A DNA stretch of 43,033 nucleotides from Phoronis australis. Its lineage: Eukaryota; Animalia; Phoronida. Below are positions 35,444 through 43,033 of this stretch, in pieces. The DNA lies in contig NMRA01000782.1 of assembly GCA_002633005.1 (NCBI GenBank), positions 1-43,033 of the forward strand. Direction: 5' to 3'. How positions within the stretch are numbered: the first letter of the stretch is position 1; each line of letters starts with the position of its first letter. The position numbers and the translations under genes were made by a program. The notes under the pieces are model-generated. The model worked only from the letters and a program-made list of their open reading frames with translations. It had not been told where the DNA came from and did no database searches.

Positions 35444-38352
35444 ATCGACAACTTGAAAGGTTGGAGGCGAGGGAAGCAGAGTTGGCGGCATCACTCAGAG
35501 ATCGTTCTGCGACTGGAGGATCGTCATCAGTATGTGAAATACTTCAGCAACTGGGAGATGTTTACAAAGAACGAGGTTTGCTGACTAAGTCAACTCAACA
35601 CTTCGCAACAGCTTCTGCATTATATAACGCGGCTTTCTTCCGTGCAAAAGAAGCTGATTCTATTCAGAATCTGGAAATGCTATTGAGACAAAATGAAACC
35701 GCGTTCTGCAAAATTCTGTCTATATCAAATGGTACGCTCCCAGTTGACTTCAGGTCAACCATTACTGACAAGTTAGAGACACTCAGACACGGCGTAACCA
35801 GAGAGAGTAAACGGTTACTCGACAACTTTGCGGAAAATCTTAAATTTGATGCACCAAACGATGAAAGAATTGAGGTAGAAAAAACGTTTGTGATCGAGAG
35901 CAGAAAGCTGTCTCAACGTGTAAGCAATGAAATACCATCTTTGTGTAAGGAATTCTTTTCAAAAAGTTGCGAAATACTGGGTCCACCACCTCACGATTAT
36001 GCTGTCATTGCCTTTGGGTCCTTGACAAGGGGCGATGTTACACCGTGTTCAGGTAGGCCTATTAAACTGGGAATTCTTTGTGAAAACGGTTGCAGTGATG
36101 TCGAGTATTTTAAAAACATGATGAATCTTGTCCACATGTTTGGCCATAATATGGGCGAAACTGATGTTAGTAATTTGAAAATCAAATCAGTTTCACCAGG
36201 TGGCGTTACAACTTCCGGATTCTCGCTTGACAGTTCGTCTCCTTATTCTGACGTGATAGTGCAGGAAAGAAATTTATTAGTCGCGACCCCCGCCCAAATG
36301 GCAGAGATACTTGGCTATGGCTCATCGTCATCAAGTGGTCAGGAGTTCACTGATGTCCTTCAAATCCATGGTAGCGCTGGTGGCGATTCACTATTTAAGG
36401 AATTTGAGTTCATTAAATCTAAAAAATCAGAAAGCGGAAACTGGAATCTCCTGTCGGAAATTCAAAATTGCAAAGAAGGTATGTTTGCCATAAGCCTTTT
36501 TAAACCACTCTTTCGTCTGGAAAACAACAACGTTTGGGAAATTCTTGATGAAATGAGATCCAAGGCAATATTATCAGAGGAAGCCATGCACAATTTACAA
36601 GTAGCGTTATCGGTAAGCGCGCTCTTCAGACTGCTGGGACAGAACTGTGACGGCAAACAGAATGAATGGTACTCTGTAAGCCAGCTCTTATCATTTCTTG
36701 CAAGCAGTAAATCCGACTACGGAGAAGTGCCAAAATACAGCAAATACAATCCTGTCATTATCAGATACTGTTGTACAGCTTTGCCCTTTTTTGCTTTTTT
36801 GTGCAAACAGGGTCCTGATTTTAAGCAGGACACTGAAATCAAAAAACAGAAGTTCTGCGATGAGTTTCTATTAAAAATGGGTGGGGTACTCATATTGTCA
36901 CAGGTGAGTGGAGGCAAAAGTGAGCACATTATTGAAGCGTATCTTAAATCCTTAAGTGTCGCAGATGAGGCTAGTAGTGGTATTGTGGAGGAAAAAGCAT
37001 TGGAATGGTTGAACGAAATTTCAACTCTGGCTGACCGTTTGATAGAAAGTAGAGGTACCACTGCACAGGACACGGCAGGCATTGGGCTCTCAAGCACTAA
37101 TGATGATGCGGGGTGTCATATATTTGCACCATGTTTGGGCATTATAGGTCAAATGTACAGTGAAATGGGTAAGCACGAATTGGCCTTGAAGTACTATCAA
37201 CAATCACTGACTTTCTGGAAAAGACTTTATGGTGAACGCAATAGGCAAGAAGTTGTTGCCTGTCTCAGTAGCATCGGATGTGCACTCGTGCAATTGGGCA
37301 ATTACAACCTGGCCCTAAAGTTTCTTCAGGATTGTTTAGATATGCAGAGGAGGATCAGTGGGATCAGAGATGACAGCCGTATTGCTTCATGTTTAAATAA
37401 CTTGGGGAACGCGTTCACAGGCAAGGGCGATTATGAATCCGCTGAGAGATGTTACACGGACTCGTTGAGTATGATGAAACGACTTCATGGAGACAAAAAT
37501 CGAGCTGATATGGCGTCATGCTTGTGCAACATGGGTAACTTGTGTAAAAAGTTGGGCAAGCATGAGATAGCCATGCATTACCTTCAGAACTCGTTGAGTT
37601 TAATGCGAAGGACGTACGGTGAAGATCATCCAAAAACTGCATTGACATTGGATAGTATTGGAAGTGTACACAATGCTAAGGGCGAATACCAAGTTGCATT
37701 GGGATTTTTTGAAAATTCTTTTGCAATGAAGAAGAGAGTACTTGGAGATGTTGAAGATTTCGGCATTGCAGCATCTATAAATGACATAGGTGGTATGTAC
37801 TATAAAATGGGAAAATACAATGATGCTTTAACATATCTTAAACAATCGATGAGTATTTTAGAGAATATACTTAAAAAAAAGGATCACCCTGACATCGCGC
37901 ATAGTTTGAGTAACATAGGAATTGTGTATAGCACAATGAATCAAAACCAACAAGCTTTGCGATGTTTTCAAAAATCATTGGATATGATGAGGAAGGTCTA
38001 TCATGATGCAGATCATCCCGATATTGCGCCATGTTTGAATAATATTGGAAATGTATACAGTAAAATGGAGAATTACCAAAGCGCCCTGGAGTATTATAGG
38101 TATGCACTGAAGATCTGGCAGAAGGTCTATGGAAATGATTATCATCCTGACATAGTCAGGTGCCTGCACAACATGTCGATTATGTGTTCACAACTCAACG
38201 ATCATGTGCAAGCCCAGCGGTATAATTACGACTCGCTCCAGGTTAGGACATTACTTGAGTCTCGAGGACATAAGGTAGATGTTTCTTCAGGGCTGGCGAA
38301 GGGTAATTTGAATGTAGGTTCTTTCTCAAGTATTTTCCAACTTTCATGTTAA
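35444..38352 (+). CDS. Large terminal exon: degenerate DUF294/GlnD-like nucleotidyltransferase region plus nine TPR repeats
   Basis: TTTCAG| phase-1 acceptor just after an in-frame TGA, so the TTG 'start' in the ORF track is probably not real. LGDVYKE...ASALYNAA, LGPPPHDYAVIAFGSLTRGDVTPCS and LSEEAMHNLQVALSVSALFRL motifs; 42-43 aa repeats of the AxxLNNIGxxY...HPDI type from about 37126. Confidence 0.93.
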
Positions 38353-41300
38353 ACCAAATTGGACATCTTCTAAGGTACTGGTGGTGTTAGTACTACTTGG
38401 GCCATACATTCGAAGTCATACAAATCCTTCAATGATGTACTGTACAGATTCAAGTGCATTATTCACCATCCTTGTTTTGTAGTATGTTAATGGTATTATA
38501 CTGTGTTGAAAAAATTATTTGGTGATGAAAACCCGGTAGCCTAGCTGATCGGAAAAGTTTGTTCTCGATTTTAATCATTTACGTGTGCGTGTACATGTTC
38601 ACGTACGTTGCTTTTTATCTTTTTAGACAATTGGTCGCACGCGAGTTAAAAAAACGACTCGGCGATATTCATGATGTTTGGTTTAGGAGTTACCGGTACA
38701 TGTACGTCTTTTTGTTAGTGGTTTATTTTTCAATGGAGACATCGTATTACAAGGTCTTGCCTGGCGACAAGAAAAACATACTACGAACAGAATTGATGGC
38801 TTGGATAGCATAGGAAAATGTGAAAGTAATTTTCAGCTTTGCAATACACGTGACATTCTTAGCGTTGTTTTCAGTAGTACATGTACGGAGTTATTGGCAG
38901 AACTGCGTCTGTTTAATGAATGCATTACTCTTCAACTTGGTGAGACTTGTTGCAAAACATAGTTTTCTTGTCAAAACATCCACCAAGTGTATAAAGTATG
39001 GACTTTACTCTTATAAAATTGGCTACTGTTTAATCAACTCGTAATAAGGTTCATGCGAATTCACCTTTCTTACTTAATACCTTCAAGGCAGTGTTTTCGA
39101 TAGCCAGCCAGCTAGCTGTATGAAGACTGTCGTGAAAATATAGCTAGGTACCACTCTTCCGTAGTTGTACATAAATATACAACTTTTGTGGGTAAAAACG
39201 TGGTAAGATAAAATCTGACACGAAATTAGTGTCATTAAAAACTACAGTCTTCCTTGAGTAAACTGAATTATTTAACTGTGTTGGAAAAAATGGCGTTCTA
39301 CCGTTATACTGCTGCTAAAGTTATGGACGGAACTTTAGCGACGGCTTTCGGCGCCATGAAATATTGTGTCACCTATTGGCCAGTTTCTTTTTTCGCCGAT
39401 TTTAAATCAACCGTTCTTCTTTCACGAGGTATATTTAGTATACAGCTTTGTACCGAGGCTAACGTTAGCTTTGTATTGGTTTGCGTGAATATAATTCACT
39501 TCTACTTAGCTTTTCATTATAAACCTTGATTGTTTTTTTCCTGATTATAGTTGTACATACCGTTCTCCAGGAAGTCACCTGGTGGCGCTTGCTACAAATT
39601 TAAATATTTACTGTTTTAATGAGACATAATATCTTTAAGACCAAACATATTGGAAGTTTTAATCCAGGCTTTGATTATTAAGTTTAAACTACTTGGATGA
39701 CTAGATAACTCTTGACATTACAACTGGCTTTCTGTGTGTGAATTTGACAATTGACGATGATATACATCTATATCCATGTATCTGTCCAATCGAGTGGCTT
39801 TAACATATTTTTGTGACCATTTTGCCGTATGTAGATGTTTGATCAATAAATAGTTGTGGTTAATATTTTACAATTTTGCATGTACATGTACATCTTGCGT
39901 TAGTCCGTAACAAAATCAAATTCCTTTATCTTTTCAAAATTCTCTTCGTCGCGTTTATACACATGAAACAAACCAAAAAGATACAATAAAACGTGCCGAT
40001 AGTGACAAGCGGTTTTCCACCGAAACCGCATTTAATTTGAGATCTTAAAGTTACGATTTCGTTTACATTCAACAATTTAATGAAAGAACAAAAACATTGC
40101 CGTTAATTGCAAACGAATATTAGGCAATTTTAACTCTTTTAGATTCGTTTGTCACTTCAAATCAAATATAGTGCTCGTCCTAAAATAGGGGCTGGTGCGC
40201 GCAAAACCGGAAATATGTGACACAATTTCTCATTTCGTCATGCGTTCCGCGATGTGCATAGCTGGCAGACAAGGTGCGATATAAATAATCCTACACTCGT
40301 CTCAGCTTTATGACGTGGGAAAAACCTCTTGAAAATTTGGTTCAAATTCATCAATTCATCGGCTTTTATTTTCTCACATGAACTGTAAAATACGATTTTC
40401 TGCAGAAAAACAAAGTGTCGCCAGTCATAAAATGTAGAAAAATATGTATCCTATTGCGACACATAATAAAACCAAAGATAAAACCTTGAAGAACGACTGA
40501 CTTTCAAGCAAACGAGTTCAAAACAATTTCAAATATTTTTGCAAGAAAGTGTAACTGAATGGGCAATTCAAAGTGAATATTCGTTGTGTTGATGACAACA
40601 ATCCTACATACTGTACAAAGTTGTTTTTTATAGCAATGTATATCAAGATGTATAAGAGTTAAATCGTCACCGAATACAAAATAGGCGATTGAACATGCCT
40701 TTCAATTCCACAAATGTCGCCGTTTTGTCTGTGCCGCTGGCGACGAGACCAACGGTACTTTTGAGCATTTTAATCACTTAATAATTAACCTCTGCGGGAC
40801 TAAAGTCTGATGAAAACAGTTGAATGACACAGAATAGTAGGTAAAGCTATGTCTCACTAAATTTCACTGTAAAATATGGGTAAAAATTATTTATAAACAG
40901 CTTTAAACTCGTAACTTATGCTGCTGTTGTCCAAGCTGGCTGACCCGATCCAAACAATGTGACCCAAATTTCTCCACAAAAAGTGTTATAACTTGGTACT
41001 GCTTCACCCGATTTTGATAATTTTCTCGTTTTTGTTGGGGTGCATTATCTTTCCGATGATATTGAAGAATTTCTTTAAAACGAAAAAATGGTTCGACCAC
41101 TTATTTTGTATTTCATCGTAGACTTGAAAGCCCGGCATCATTAGAGGAGAATCTGTGCTCAGACACAACCAGCCCGTGGTGTATTGTCACAACCTCCCAC
41201 TACACAGCGTGTGTTCTTCTTTAAATGCCAAGGCCAAGCTATGATGTTCAAATTTGCAAGAAAATACTGGAACTTTTGACATTCATCAATAAATAAATAC

Positions 41301-41755
41301 TACCGACTCGCCATTGCTTAAGGACACGTCTCACTTATGTAACTCATTATCCGAATATAACCGAAGTTAACTGTTCTTAAAATGTTGTGGGGCAAACAGG
41401 AACATTTTTAAACGAAATATACACGAATTACGGAAATAAATAAGAAAAATATGGTTCATGAGTAACCTTTATTAATAATCGCGACATGCGTATGCATATT
41501 AAGAACAACAAATTAGCTTTCAGTCTATCACTTTAAGCTTTTGTGAAACCTTATTGACTAGTCTGTGAATTTGACAAAGTATCTACAAAACTACAAAATT
41601 TAACTTCGTGAAAGTATATTTATTATTTTCTGAAAGTAGGAACTCTGAAAATTTGATTTTGACTTATACCTAACTTTAACCACTTGTGCGTCGTGACCAT
41701 GTCTAACATTCATTGCCCACAACAACGACATCAATAACATGACCAAATGAAGCGT

Positions 41756-43033
41756 GATGGGGGGGGGGGNGTTAGTCTGGCGGTTTGCACTTCCGGAGGC
41801 ACTCCTCAGAGTAGTGCTGCCTCACTCATCATTTCCAACATGATTATGCCGGATGATATTGCTGCTCTAAACCTTTGGTGCAATAAATAAAAACGAGGCG
41901 TCGTATCGTACCGGTTATCTGAAACGTTACAAAAGAAACAGTCTAAGTTATGGGGACTGGTTAAACTACACGAACTATACGATCACGATAGACTATCGTT
42001 ACACCAAGTACATAATGTTGTGGTGCCACCTATCAGTTATGACGATTTGTTAAATCACTGTAGTTTAGTCTCATTTTTTGTCAATATACCAACATCAAGT
42101 GTCTGCTTCAATATAGTATTTAATTCGCTTATAATTGTGTGTTTCTGATCCCTACACTGGTGACCTCGAACAGTGAACACTTACAATGGCAGAGGGACAT
42201 AGTTATACAAAGCTTGTTACTGACCTCGCCTCAACTCTCCAGACGCTTGCAATGCAAACAACTCAGGTAAACGCGGTATCCATCAGGTTGTCAGACTTTT
42301 GGACGAAATCGCCCGAAGTTTGGTTTGCCAAAGTCGAGGCTCAGTTTGGAACAAAAGGGATTGTACAAGATCAGACAAACTATGATTATGTGGTGAGTGC
42401 CCTTGATGTCACCACAGCCGACGAGGTTCAGGCTATACTCCTCCACCCACCACTCACAAACAAGTAAAACGCATTGAAGTCCGCGCTCATCAACGCTTTT
42501 GGAAAGTCCCAGGCGCAGAAGGACTCTGAGCTTTTGAACCTCAATGGCCTGGGTGACAAACGTCCCACCGCTCTGATGAGACGTATCAACGCTCTCAATG
42601 AAGATCCCCAGACTTTAAAACGTGCTTTGTTCCTAACGAACCTGCCTGCTGACGTTCGCACTATCCTGGCGGGCCACAGCATTAATAGCATAGAGGACCT
42701 TGCTACGACCGCGGACCGTATCTGGGAGGCACGTACTGCCGGAGTGCAACAAGTCTCTATGCCTACCACCAGTCAGACAACGTTTTCGGGTTTTATGATG
42801 ACAACGCCGAGTCCACGTCCGCTTCGGTGGACGTGGTTTCTGCCGATAAGCGCTTCCGACGCCGTTCCCGTTCCAAGCACGGTGACGCCAGCCCCCTTAT
42901 GGGTTCCTCCACCGTATGCTTCTACCATGTGAAGTTTGGGCCCGAGGCTCGTCGATGCCAGCCTGGCTGCAAGTTTGCGTCACTGATACCCAAGAAAAAC
43001 AACCAGGGAAACGCCACAGCCGGCCGTTGAACG
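41756..43033 (+). mobile_element. CsRN1-clade Gypsy retrotransposon, 5' portion (LTR, PBS, gag)
   Basis: LTR end ...CCCTACA at 42156 and PBS TGGTGACC at 42158 (complementary to the tRNA-Trp 3' end), followed by gag. The LTR start is uncertain. Confidence 0.85.
42186..43030 (+). pseudogene. gag: Disrupted gag (CsRN1 type)
   Basis: RLSDFWTKSPEVWFAKVEAQF, LGDKRPTALMRRI, LFLTNLP and the Cx2Hx9Cx3C knuckle CFYHVKFGPEARRCQPGC. Premature TAA at 42465-42467 and a frameshift near 42790. Confidence 0.9.

Noticed and set aside
35461-35463. TTG start of a stand-alone 963-aa bacterial-type gene
   Set aside because: A phase-compatible splice acceptor lies 17 nt upstream, the context is eukaryotic, and upstream exons fit the frame.

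Overview
Eukaryotic, AT-rich, intron- and repeat-rich genomic DNA with animal (invertebrate-like) transposons; the species cannot be determined from this window. The main host feature is a + strand multi-exon gene that the ORF track largely misses (about 11663-38352). At least 10 coding exons can be joined by GT-AG phase-1 introns into one open frame of about 1444 aa. The predicted order is: low-complexity N-terminus with two RHIM-like amyloid motifs (LQIG, VQLG), a TRADD-N-like domain, a coiled coil, a degenerate GlnD/DUF294-like nucleotidyltransferase region, and nine 42-43 aa TPR repeats. This is a candidate invertebrate amyloid-signalling immune or cell-death receptor. Its introns hold many mobile elements: a decayed maT (DD37D) transposon, an RTE-X-like LINE remnant, several MITEs, and a Penelope-like fragment interrupted by a LINE 3' end and by a young Gypsy element (27266-30273). 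That Gypsy element has identical 259-bp LTRs, non-canonical TAGA..TCTA ends and a primer-binding site complementary to its own LTR, suggesting tRNA-independent self-priming. The window ends in the 5' part of a CsRN1-clade Gypsy element. All calls come from reading the sequence by eye; no database searches were run.
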